From assembly GCA_963748015.1 (NCBI GenBank), contig CAVVHE010000005.1, positions 96,001-160,000 on the forward strand: 64,000 nt of DNA, in the 5' to 3' direction. How positions within the stretch are numbered: the first letter of the stretch is position 1; each line of letters begins with the position of its first letter. The notes under the pieces were generated by a model. The model was not told the DNA's origin, searched no databases, and saw only the letters and a program-made list of their open reading frames with translations. This document shows positions 52,277 through 62,568 of this stretch, piece after piece. The position numbers and the translations under genes were made by a program. Source of the stretch: Terriglobia bacterium. GTDB lineage: Bacteria; Acidobacteriota; Polarisedimenticolia; Polarisedimenticolales; JAIQFR01.

Positions 52277-52909
52277 AAGCAGAGGAAAATAGGCTGCGAC
52301 CCCTGCAGAGACAATCATGGATTCCGACCGGCATTCGGAGCGGGGCGGCGTGCGCACATTGCTCCGTGACGGCGAATTCAACCGGTGAAGTCGTGTTCAT
52401 CGAGGCTTGCGACCCAATGAGTCCGCGTTCGGCTTTCATGGCAGTGCCTCGACGTGGGGAAGTGCCCTCCTGTCGGCCAGTCAGGGCGCATCAGTTTCAT
52501 GCAGGGTAGTGCAGGCTCCGGGGCTGAACACGACCTGCCAGGAGTCTACCCTTCACCTCAAGCCCGGCGGCCTGTTGCTGTTGCCCGAACCGCTGGCCGT
52601 GGTGGCGGCGCAAGTTGCGTGCACGCGTAAACATTCCATTGAATGCCTGGCCCGTCCATGCTTGGAGCCGCCGCGCCCCGACTGGCAGAACGCGGCAGAC
52701 GGTTTCCAGGCAGAACAGCGCGCGGTTCCGTGGAACGGGGGCAGTGGAGGATGGCAGCGATGCTGGTAGGCTTGTAGTCAATGCGCGCTTCCAGCAAAGC
52801 CACCGCGCCAGCGTGCTCCAAGAGTGAGATGCCCCCGGCAGCCGAATTCTCAAGGAATCCCTCTTGCGCTGACTCGGAACTCTGGCACAATATCAATCCG
52901 CAGTCGGAT

Positions 52910-52986
<77 letters not shown>

Positions 52987-52990
52987 ATTT

Positions 52991-53023
52991 TAAGCCCCTG
53001 CGAGCCTGGCTCGCAGGGGCTTA
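52991..53023 (+). terminator. Perfect 16-bp inverted repeat after the tRNA
   Basis: taagcccctgcgagcc-t-ggctcgcaggggctta. Confidence 0.75.
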
Positions 53024-53419
53024 TTGCGTACGCTTGCACGCCGTGCAATGCTGTGCAAGACCCTGCAATGATAGGCAATTCCGTGCAAGGAAACCAAACA
53101 ATCGCCAAATATTTGGCGCCCGAAATCGACCGGGAACACGCCACGTCGAGGTCGGCACGCTGAACGGGCGTTTTTCCGCGCCACCCAGCCCAACCCCGGT
53201 TTTGGGCGCACTGTGGCGCACTGTGATCGCTTTCCAAATAATCGCCAAATTTCCGGGTCGCCAGCGTGCGAAAAGCCTAGGAAATCCGAGGGGCGCGGCA
53301 GGCCCCGTTAGGCGTTGGCCTGAAGGGCTCACCCGCCTATTGGCCATTTAGATGCGTTTGCCCTGCTTCGATGCACATCCGGGGTTGTGTCTTATTCAGT
53401 TTACTGATAAGCGTTGTTC

Positions 53420-56209
53420 ATGAAGCTCCCTGCGTCGTCGCAGCTTGTCTGCATTACCTTCGCAACGATAACTCTGTTCGCGTCTCGATCCTTCGCCGCC
53501 ACGCTCTATGTCGACGTGAACAGCACCAATCCCGTCCCGCCCTACACCAACTGGGCGACGGCAGCCAACGTGATCCAGGATGCGGTGGATGCGGCGGTGG
53601 TCGGGGACACGGTCTGGGTGACCAACGGCACCTACAACACCGGGGGCAAGGTCATGGCGGATGATCTGACGAACCGGGTGGTTTTGGATAAAGCGGTGAC
53701 GTTGCGGAGTGTGAATGGAGCAGGAGTAACGACTATTCAGGGACAGGATTGGACCGAAACCAACGCGCTGCGTTGTGCTTGGATGACAAACGGTGCTGTT
53801 TTGCGCGGTTTTAGGCTCCTGCGAGGAGCAAGCGGCGGTTCCGGCGGAGGTGTTTGGTGCAATTCGACGAACTGTCTTGTCGAGCTATGCAGCATTGAAT
53901 ACAGCAGTGCTGAGAGCGATGGTGGTGGGGCTTACCGGGGGACCCTGTCTGAGTGTGACCTCATCGGAAACCAAGCTGGGCACGAAGGCGGGGGCGCATG
54001 GGGCAGTGTCTTGGCGAATTGCCAGGTCAAGGGTAACACCGCTCACATCTCTGGGGGCGGCGTTGCGCGTGGCACGGTCACCTCCTCAATCCTGATGGAC
54101 AATATCGCTGAGATGCTGAACGGAGGAGGAGCATTCGAATGCGTGATTATGAGTTCAGCTATTGTGAGGAATGAAGCGGGAAACGGCGGCGGCGGCGCCT
54201 ATCGGGGGTCGACCTACAGTTCCACCATCACCGGGAACCATGCCGGGTACAGTGGTGGAGGCTACTATCTATCGACGGGAGTGGCCCGGAACTGCGTCGT
54301 CTACAACAACACGAGCGACAGCTCTGGCGACAATTACTACCCTTATCCGGTTCCGACCAACTGGTTCCAGTATAGTTGCTCGACACCATTGCCATCAGGT
54401 AGTGGTAATATCAGTGCTGACCCTGAGTTGGTCTCGGATGGAATCCACATTACAGAAGGATCTCCGTGTCGTGGAGCGGGGAATGCCCTTTACTCAAGCG
54501 GCACTGATATCGATGGGCAGCCTTGGACAAATTCGCCTTCGATGGGGTGCGACGAGTGGTATGCAGAACCCGTAATCGCTGGCGCCCCTGTAGTTGATTG
54601 GGCGGGGCCTATCGGTTCGATAACTCTTACGGCCGTCGCCGGGGGTTCGGAGCCGTTGAGCTACCTATGGCTTTTTGACGGAAGTCCTTTGCAAGACGGC
54701 AGCACTTACACAAACGTTGAAACCGCAAGCTTGGAGATTGCAGTCGCAGACCCGACGGTTGCCGGTGGCTACCAAATGGTGGCAAGCAACGCATACGGAA
54801 TGACTACAGGCCACGTTGGCTACCTGAAAATGCGCTTCGTTTCAAATGCGGCGTCGACTCCGCAACCTCCGTATTCAGATTGGGGGTCTGCAGCTAAGAC
54901 AATTCAACAAGCCGTCGATGCGTCGTCCTACGGCGAAGTCGTTGTGGTGACCAACGGCACGTATGCGGATGGGGGACGCTCTCTGATCGGTGACCTGACC
55001 AACCGGGTGGCAATCGACCGCGAGATCTTCGTGCTGAGTGTGAACGGCCCGGATGTTACGATCATCCAGGGGTCGAAAGACCCCGTCTCAACCAACGGTC
55101 CTGCTGCAGTGCGTTGCGTTTGCATGGATTCCGATGGCGCTGCGATCAAGGGTTTCACACTCACTGGCGGTGCGACGTTGTCCTCTGGACTGCCACAGGA
55201 TCAACACGCGGGAGGCATCCTGGGAGGTAACGGGCTCTCGGGGGGAACCGCGGCCAATTGCAAGATCGCCAATAACGATGCCAGCGTTCAAGGCGGTGGT
55301 GCCGATTATGCGGTTCTTGTCAATTGTGAGGTCTATGGGAACCGTGCCCAGAGTGGTGCCGGTGTTTCCGGAGGCGCAATGTTTAACACGATCGTTAGCG
55401 GTAACACGGCGACGTTGTTCGCAGGCGGGCTCCGACAGGGAGCCGCCTACAACTCGATCATCTACCAGAATTCGGCTCCAAGTGCGCCCAACTATCAACT
55501 GTTTCCTTATAACAGCGTGACCTACTCCTGCACGTATCCGGCTCGGTCTGGCTCTGGAAATATCGCAAACGATCCGCTGCTCATGAGCAGTGGGCGTGTC
55601 GCAATCCAGTCTCCCTGTAGGGGGATGGGATCAGCAGGATACGTCCGCGGGGTGGACATTGATGGCGAGGTGTGGCTGAACCCGCCCCCCATGGGGTGCG
55701 ACGAAGTTTACGAGGCAGAGTTGGTCGGGCTATTGCTGGTATCCATTGAAGTGCCCGACACCAACGTTGTTCAAGGCGTGGCACTCCCGCTCACTGGCCT
55801 GATTGAAGGTCGGGCTGCCCGTCTGGCATGGGATTTTGACGATGGGGTGATCGCGACGAACGTGAGCTACATCACCTCGCACAGTTGGACAAATGCTGGC
55901 GATTACACTCTGACCTTCACCGCGTACAACATGGATAACCCGTCTGGAGTCAGCACAAATACCGTGATTCACGTGCTGCCGCTGGAAGCACCTCTGTTGA
56001 CCTCCGGCAGCTACGACACCAACTCCACCTTCAGCTTGGAGTTCACCAGTCAAGCCGGGGTCAGCTACTTGGTCGAGCAGGCCACGAACCTGACGCCGCC
56101 AGTGGTCTGGTCCACGGTAACCACGCGGACTGGCAGCGGAGGAACGGAGCAAGTGAACGATTCCGCCGCGACCAACGCCATGCGCTTCTACCGCGTCAGC
56201 GTGCCATAG
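53420..56209 (+). CDS. Secreted protein: two pectin-lyase-like beta-helix modules, Ig-like and PKD domains, C-terminal FYRV domain
   Basis: Signal peptide; duplicated IQ.AVDA..VTNGTY..LTNRV module; GN.A..GGG repeats; WDFDDG..SHSW. Confidence 0.85.
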   Translation: MKLPASSQLVCITFATITLFASRSFAATLYVDVNSTNPVPPYTNWATAANVIQDAVDAAVVGDTVWVTNGTYNTGGKVMADDLTNRVVLDKAVTLRSVNGAGVTTIQGQDWTETNALRCAWMTNGAVLRGFRLLRGASGGSGGGVWCNSTNCLVELCSIEYSSAESDGGGAYRGTLSECDLIGNQAGHEGGGAWGSVLANCQVKGNTAHISGGGVARGTVTSSILMDNIAEMLNGGGAFECVIMSSAIVRNEAGNGGGGAYRGSTYSSTITGNHAGYSGGGYYLSTGVARNCVVYNNTSDSSGDNYYPYPVPTNWFQYSCSTPLPSGSGNISADPELVSDGIHITEGSPCRGAGNALYSSGTDIDGQPWTNSPSMGCDEWYAEPVIAGAPVVDWAGPIGSITLTAVAGGSEPLSYLWLFDGSPLQDGSTYTNVETASLEIAVADPTVAGGYQMVASNAYGMTTGHVGYLKMRFVSNAASTPQPPYSDWGSAAKTIQQAVDASSYGEVVVVTNGTYADGGRSLIGDLTNRVAIDREIFVLSVNGPDVTIIQGSKDPVSTNGPAAVRCVCMDSDGAAIKGFTLTGGATLSSGLPQDQHAGGILGGNGLSGGTAANCKIANNDASVQGGGADYAVLVNCEVYGNRAQSGAGVSGGAMFNTIVSGNTATLFAGGLRQGAAYNSIIYQNSAPSAPNYQLFPYNSVTYSCTYPARSGSGNIANDPLLMSSGRVAIQSPCRGMGSAGYVRGVDIDGEVWLNPPPMGCDEVYEAELVGLLLVSIEVPDTNVVQGVALPLTGLIEGRAARLAWDFDDGVIATNVSYITSHSWTNAGDYTLTFTAYNMDNPSGVSTNTVIHVLPLEAPLLTSGSYDTNSTFSLEFTSQAGVSYLVEQATNLTPPVVWSTVTTRTGSGGTEQVNDSAATNAMRFYRVSVP

Positions 56210-56269
56210 CAAGTCGCTGGATCTTCACCCCCCCCGCCAGCGCCGCATCCACCGCGGCCCAGGGGCAAC

Positions 56270-57106
56270 TGCATGGACACGAATGAGGGGGGGCAGATGA
56301 ATTGCCCTTGCACACGGTCAACATCTCGGCCTTCTACATGGACCGGTATGAGGTCACGAGGGCATTGTGGGAGAATGTTCGGGCGTGGGGATTGACCAAT
56401 AGCTATACGGATTTGCCGCTGTACCTGACACGCCCCGAACCCAACTATCCGTATCTAGCGAATAGCTGGCATGGGATGGTGAAGTGGTGCAATGCGCGCA
56501 GCGAGAAGGAGGGGATGACGCCTGTATACTGCACCGAGGCCAGCTTGAGCACGGTCTACAGGACCGGAGTTTTGAACCTGTCCAACGAGTGGGTCAGGTG
56601 GAATGCCAACGGTTATCGGTTGCCAACCGAGGCAGAATGGGAGAAGGCGGCGCGGGGTGGGGACACCAGGACACCGATTCCCGTGGAGTGATGTGGAAAC
56701 CGTTGATCACAGTCGGGCGAACTATTTCGTGTCGCAGTCATCTGGCACCAACGACTACACCTATGACACCAGCCCGACGGCAGGCTACAACCCAATAGTC
56801 GCATCGGGCAGTCTCCCCAAGACCAGTCCTGTGGGGTGTTTTGCGCCGAATGGGTATGGGTTGTATGACATGGCTGGCAACGTGTCGGAGTGGTGTTGGG
56901 ATTGGTATGCGGATTCCTATTATGGCAGTTCACCTACGAATGATCCCAGAGGCCTAGACTCAGGTTCCGATCGCGTGGTTCGCGGCGGCGGTTGGTTCAA
57001 CACCGCTGACATCTGCCGGACAGCGTGCCGCGGCTTCTTCGCCCCCTCCCAGAACTACGGCTGGTACAGCCCGACCTTCCGTTGTGTTCGTGTCGCAGGA
57101 CCGTGA
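56270..57106 (+). pseudogene. FGE/SUMF1-family (C-type lectin fold) protein, 5'-truncated, frameshift near 56660
   Basis: ELPLHTV..FYMDRYEVT, YRLPTEAEWEKAARGG, PNGYGLYDMAGNVSEWCWD, RVVRGGGW. Confidence 0.85.
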
Positions 57107-57176
57107 TCTCAGGAGTGAGAGGAAGAACGTCACTTCAACCACCTCACCACCGGCCGCAGTGAACACTTGAACCTCG

Positions 57177-58850
57177 CTATTCCGGCACGCTCACCCGATA
57201 AAGGAATGATTCCCCATTCGTCGCCGTGGTGTCCGTGAATGACGTCGCGTCTGCCTGACCTGGGATTCCGCTTCCAAGCACGCTGAAGTCCGCTGCACCG
57301 TGGGTCGCACGTTCCAGAGTGTAGCTGTGGCCGCTGATGCTTTGCCAACGCACTAAGGTACCGTTGGTCTGAGGATCGGGATGCAGCATCTTCAACACGG
57401 ATTGACCATTCGTGGGGACTGTCCACATCTTCCACTCCTGCCAAGTCGTGGCTTTGTCGCCGTCACCGTCTTCGGAATTGATTGAGATGGCGGTGGATAG
57501 ACCGTACCCCTCCAGCCAGTTGAAATACGCCATCAAGGTTGGGGATTGCTGCTCATAGGCCCCCATGTCTGCGGTTCCACCAACGATTCGCAGATTACCG
57601 TCCAGATCCGTGGACGTCGTCAGATACGCGTTGTTTGCTGCATTGATACACGGTGAATTCGATTGGAGACGCAAGTCGGCCCATCCGTTAGTATCTGTGA
57701 AAAGCGGGTCATCCGTGATGTTGCCGACACCCGGGGGAAGCGGCGTAGTACAACAGTGATCGAACGTGCCAGACGCAAAGTTCCTGATACTACTGACTAT
57801 GGCCGAGTTATTATAGATTACCGAGTTCTGTACCGAGGATGAAAATGCGCCTCCCGGGCCTGTGGAAGACCCTGAATTCCCGGCAATTGTGCAGTTCAGT
57901 GCGTTGCCTCTGCTGATGGCGCCTCCGGAGCGAGCAGAGTTTGCTACGAAGAGGCAATTTTCCGCCACCCCATAGTAAGCGCCCCCGCCTTCCTGTGCGG
58001 AGTTTCCTCTCACCTCGCAATAGGTCAGGGCACTTTTTGATGCCCCACCTCCTTTGGACGCAGAATTCGCTTCAAGCAGGCAATGCAGGAGGGTGCTCTC
58101 ATGCGCTCCGCCACCTTCTTGTGTGCAAGAGTTGCTTCTGAAGGCTGACCAGGCAAAGACGCCCTGGTACACCCCGCCTCCAAAGCTGCCAGCTCGATTT
58201 GCTGTAACCAGGCAGTGATCACCTGAGCAAAACGCTGCTCCGCCGCCCAACAAAGCCGCGAGGTTATTGCTTACAATGCAGTCGATCAGCATGCCTTGAT
58301 AAACGCCACCGCCGTCATTGGCAGCGGAGTTGCCTGTCATCGTGCAATTAGAGGCCCAAGCATTCGTGGAATGACACCACAATCCGCCGCCAGATCGTTC
58401 CCGATTGATGTCACCCGCAGTTCGGGTGGCGCCGTTTGTGAGCGTAAATCCACTCAAGGATGCGCCGTTTGTTAGATAAACACAGCGGATGGCCCCATCA
58501 CCGTTGCCGCCGCCAGCGGCCTTGGCACCTTGGATTACCGTAAGCTCCGGCCCGTTCAGGCTCATCAGGGCCAGCGGCTTGTCCACGGCCACACGGTTGG
58601 TCATAGTGCCATACACGGCCCTGCCTCCGGTGGCATACAGGCCGTTGGTCACCAGCACCGTGTCACCGGCGGCAGCCGCATCAACCGCGTCCTGAATTAC
58701 GGTGGCGGCCGTTGCCCAATTGGTGTAGGGCGGGACGGGATTGGTGCTGTTGACGTCAACATAAAGCATGTCAGCAGACCCAGAACGGTCAACAAATAGG
58801 ACTGCAGCGAGGACAAAGGGAAGCAAGGTGGTACCCGTAAAACCTGCCAT
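57177..58850 (-). CDS. Secreted beta-helix protein with a choice-of-anchor-Q-like segment; paralogue of 53420-56209
   Basis: Same N-terminal module; LRLQSNSPCINAA..DLDGN.R..DMGAYE; C-terminal FLYRV. Confidence 0.85.
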   Translation of the reverse strand: MAGFTGTTLLPFVLAAVLFVDRSGSADMLYVDVNSTNPVPPYTNWATAATVIQDAVDAAAAGDTVLVTNGLYATGGRAVYGTMTNRVAVDKPLALMSLNGPELTVIQGAKAAGGGNGDGAIRCVYLTNGASLSGFTLTNGATRTAGDINRERSGGGLWCHSTNAWASNCTMTGNSAANDGGGVYQGMLIDCIVSNNLAALLGGGAAFCSGDHCLVTANRAGSFGGGVYQGVFAWSAFRSNSCTQEGGGAHESTLLHCLLEANSASKGGGASKSALTYCEVRGNSAQEGGGAYYGVAENCLFVANSARSGGAISRGNALNCTIAGNSGSSTGPGGAFSSSVQNSVIYNNSAIVSSIRNFASGTFDHCCTTPLPPGVGNITDDPLFTDTNGWADLRLQSNSPCINAANNAYLTTSTDLDGNLRIVGGTADMGAYEQQSPTLMAYFNWLEGYGLSTAISINSEDGDGDKATTWQEWKMWTVPTNGQSVLKMLHPDPQTNGTLVRWQSISGHSYTLERATHGAADFSVLGSGIPGQADATSFTDTTATNGESFLYRVSVPE

Positions 58851-59018
58851 GGCCTCTACTTACCAAGACATGCAGAAAACATCAACTCTTGACGTACTGG
58901 ATTTGTCGGCACTGCAACACTCTCGATGCTTTGGGTGAAGGGAACACGCCAGAGTGTCCACAGCAGTCGAATCGGAACGAGCAGAGATTGACCGTTGCGA
59001 GACACGGAGCACACGCCC

Positions 59019-59235
59019 TCATTTCAACCACTGCCCCCACCTCACCCACCCGGCCGTCACGCGGTTGAGCCAGCGCTTGCGCCGGGCCGCAGCCGGGGCA
59101 GTGCGGGAGGCCCAGGCGGGCCGTGAGCGCGTGGACCACGTCGCCGAGGCCTGGGCCGCAGCCTTGGCAGGGGCGCCGGGCCTGAACGTCCTGCCAAGGC
59201 AGGGCGAATCGCGCCGCGGCCTCGGCGTTGGCCAC
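59019..59235 (-). pseudogene. Fragment of a small Cys-rich, possibly phage-derived protein
   Basis: CQGC.PGLGDVVHALTARLGLPHCPGC then a frame change to RRKRWLNR. Confidence 0.4.
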
Positions 59236-59594
59236 AGCCTCAAGGGCTGAGGTTCAAGTCGAGTCGGGCCGAGATGATAATGCACGGAGTTCAGAGGGCA
59301 ACCCCGGGAAGGCAGAGACCTCGGGGCAGGCTGAAGTCAGGGCCAAGCTCAAGGCAACCGCGCCGCCGACTGCAAAACCCAGACGACCAAGCGACCACTG
59401 ATCTCGGAACTCAGACGAGACATACGTTAGCTGAGCAAAGTGAACGCCGGGCTCACCGGTCAGCGGCTTCTCCATCAATCCCCACCTGACGCCAGGCGTT
59501 AAGGCACCCCCAGGCGGTAGCGCGCTTCGTTCTGGTGCTCAGGTTGCCATCCAGTCACCGCAGTGAAACAATGTCAGAAACGACCTCAGAAACG

Positions 59595-60116
59595 TCAGCG
59601 ATGCGGACTAAGCAACACCCACCCCCAGAACAATAGAGACAGCAGGAACAGCAATGCGACTATCGCGCAGATTACCCGCATGAAGCTGACGCTGGTCTTT
59701 GGCACCGAAGGGGTTGCTTGGCCTTTGCTGAAGTCGTTCCAGTGGGCTGAGGCTTTTGACCGTCGCTTCAGGTGTAGCAAGACACCCAGCAACGCCCCGA
59801 GGAATGTCCACTGCAAAACGACCAAGTAAGCAGAAGGAGGTTTCCCCAGTTCAATCTCACCCTGCGATAGCGTGAAGACGAGGATGCTTGACGGAAAGTG
59901 CAGGAGCATAAACAGCCCAGGATGGCACCAGCGCGCCATCCCCAGTGACTGGAGAAGAAAGAGGAGGCCAACTGCCGCCCCACCGCCAATACCAATGACA
60001 ACGCGCATACGAGCTCCATCAATTACTTCAAACCCTCCAGCTCTTCGCGCCCTCGCGTTCTCGACATTCCGGTAGTCGGGTTCGGCACTCCTGCGTGTCT
60101 GTGACGGAATCCACAT
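59595..60116 (-). CDS. Membrane protein, hypothetical
   Basis: About four hydrophobic segments. Confidence 0.5.
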   Translation of the reverse strand: MWIPSQTRRSAEPDYRNVENARARRAGGFEVIDGARMRVVIGIGGGAAVGLLFLLQSLGMARWCHPGLFMLLHFPSSILVFTLSQGEIELGKPPSAYLVVLQWTFLGALLGVLLHLKRRSKASAHWNDFSKGQATPSVPKTSVSFMRVICAIVALLFLLSLLFWGWVLLSPHR

Positions 60117-60126
60117 CGCTTACCAG

Positions 60127-60735
60127 TCACTTCGCAACAGGGGCGCGAGAGGCGGGTTTCTGCTCCACAATGGATCCTTCAAACGCAATTCTGGGATCGT
60201 TCACTTTGACAAGTTCATGCAGCTCGTAAACGTTGCGATAGCCGTATCCATACAGATTGATGTAGGTGGGAATATTCAGCGCCATCATGAGCGGCTTTGC
60301 CTGGGCGGCGAATTGGGTTGCCACCGCGTTGGCCGGCTTCGGACGTGGCAAGGCAACCTTTGAGGCAAAATCCGTCTGGTTGCCGTCGAAATTGTTGTTG
60401 CAGTAGATCAGAATCGTGGTCTCGAAAGTCGGAATGACTTTCTTCAGATTGTCTTGGGTGAAGTCGGTAAAGGCCAAGTGTCTTGCGCCTTTCACGTGGA
60501 TGCGATCGAAACGAAAGGCCGAACGAGAATCAAGAATGATGACTCCCGGCTCCTTGCTCATCTTGAGGAAGGTATTGAGGTCGATGAGGCGGCTTGCTCG
60601 GTGAGTCTCCACCTCCGCAACAAGCCCCTTGAAGTCATCGAAGCTGACTTTGGCCTTGGGGTAGTTCGTGGCCTGCGCGAATCCCGCGTTGGCTGCCAAT
60701 ATCATGACCGATACCGCAACTATTCTCGATTTCAT
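60127..60735 (-). CDS. Exported rhodanese-like domain protein
   Basis: Signal peptide, IILDSRS..HVKGARHL, ILIYCNNNF; RBS gaaagga. Confidence 0.85.
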   Translation of the reverse strand: MKSRIVAVSVMILAANAGFAQATNYPKAKVSFDDFKGLVAEVETHRASRLIDLNTFLKMSKEPGVIILDSRSAFRFDRIHVKGARHLAFTDFTQDNLKKVIPTFETTILIYCNNNFDGNQTDFASKVALPRPKPANAVATQFAAQAKPLMMALNIPTYINLYGYGYRNVYELHELVKVNDPRIAFEGSIVEQKPASRAPVAK

Positions 60736-60949
60736 TTCTAGTCCTTTCTCGATTGGCCGGCTCCTGTCGGCCGAACAGTATTGATTGTCCGAAACTCGCC
60801 GGCAAAAGACAAACTGGCGAAGATCGAGTTTCAGTCATGCTCCTACGCCTGCACCACGCGGTTGACAAGATTTATGTTCAACGAGTTGCGACGAAGCCCG
60901 GCAGTGCGGGGAGAGGCTGACGGGGGCCGGATTTGGGCTGGCGCACGCG

Positions 60950-60984
60950 CCGGCAAAAGACAAACGTCGTTTGTCTTTTGCCGG
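60950..60984. repeat. Perfect 16-bp-arm palindrome; one arm repeated at 60797-60814
   Basis: ccggcaaaagacaaac-gtc-gtttgtcttttgccgg. Confidence 0.9.
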
Positions 60985-61160
60985 GCAGGAAATCGGGGGC
61001 TTCCAGAGGGTCCAAACCACCGTTCACTTTCCCAACTGGGCAAGCGCCCTGGCTGGGGAGACGTCGATGGCTCCGCCCTTGCACGCCCCGTTCGTCGCTC
61101 ATGGCCAGAGCCTGGCCTCAGGCGGCTTTGGGGTTCAGCACAAGATGTTTCCCTCTCCGA

Positions 61161-62449
61161 GTGAATAGAAACTACCCCAAGATTCTCCGCAATCGCAAGA
61201 ATAGAATCGAGCGGCGACTGGCGCCCAAAGAATTGGGAAGACGCAGCCCCGACCGATGCTCAAAGGGCAGCAACATTCACTACGAGATGGCCGAGCGAGT
61301 GCGCGGCGGTCAACTGCGGCGGCATCGGCGCCATGCATTTGATGGTGCAGCGTCTGGGTTTGGTGGAAGACATCGATGACCACCTGCACTTGCTCAAAGT
61401 GCACCTGCCCTATCACGAGAGCGATCACGTGCTCAACATCGCCTACAACATTCTGGCGGGGGGAGTGCGCATTGGAAGACATCGAACTGCGGCGCCAGGA
61501 CGAGAGTCTTTCTCAACGGCTTGGACGCCCAACGGATTCCGGACCCGACCACCGCCGGAGATTTCACGCGGCGGTTCAGCCCCGAGGATATCACTGACGC
61601 TTGCAGGAATGCATCAATCGACCCGGCAGGCGGTGTGGAAAATGCAGCCGGAGGGATTTTTGGAGGAAGCGTTCATCGACGTGGACGGGACGATCGCCGG
61701 GACCTACGGCGAATGCAAGGAGGGCATCGGCCATGTCCTATAAAGGGATCTGGGGTTACGCGCCGTTGATGGTCAGCCTGGCCAATACCAAGGAAGTGCT
61801 CTACCTGATCAATCGCCCGGGCAATGCGGCCAGTCACAGCGGCAGCGTGCGAATGGATCGACCGGGCGGTGGAGTTGGTCGAAGCCGGTCGCCGGGACGA
61901 TGACGATGCGTGGGGACACGGACTTCACGCACACCGCCCAACTGGATCGGTGGGAGCGAAGCCGGGCGCCGTTTTATTCTGGGCATTGGATGCGCATCCC
62001 AAGGTGGTGGGATTGGCCGGAGGCGCTGTCCGAGCAGGCCTGGCAGCGCCTTGGAGCGATTGCCGCAAGTATGAGATTCTGACCGAACCGCGGCCGCAAA
62101 GCGATTCGCGACAAAGAAGCGATCGTGGTCGAGAAGGAGTTTAAGAATCAAGAAGCTGGTGGGCGAAGACATCGCCGAAATCGACCTACCAGCCGTCTCA
62201 AGTGCCACCGGAAGTACCGCGTTGGTGATCCTGCGCAAGAACATCAGCGTGCAGAAGGGCGAGCGAGTCGCTGCTCGATGAAATCCGGTATTTCTTCTAC
62301 ATCACCAACCGCTGGGACTTGGCGTCGAAGAGATCGTGGGCCTGGCCAACGGGCGGTGCGATCAAGAGAATGTGATCGAGCAACTGAAGAACGGCGTGAA
62401 CGCCATGCGCATGCCGGTGAACGATTTGGTGAGCAACTGGGCCTGCTAA
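61161..62449 (+). mobile_element. IS1380-family transposase, heavily frameshifted and 3'-truncated
   Basis: LHLLKVHLPYHESDHVLNIAYN, RIPDPTTAGDF, IDVDGT, RGDTDF, QENVIEQLKNG; ends at SNWA. Confidence 0.88.
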
Positions 62450-62568
62450 ACTGCTACTCGTGGGGACTTCTCCGCCAATCTTGCTCCAACTGCGGCATGC
62501 CGCTAGATTGCCCGCATGAGCGCCGCCGAAGTGACCAAGGGAATCAACAAGCCGTCTCACACATTCCA

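Noticed and set aside
52280..52860. Short ORFs between rimO and tRNA-Met
   Set aside because: No recognisable motif or consistent coding signal
56960..57106. FGE C-terminus as a DGR variable region
   Set aside because: No template repeat or reverse transcriptase in the window; a remote DGR cannot be excluded
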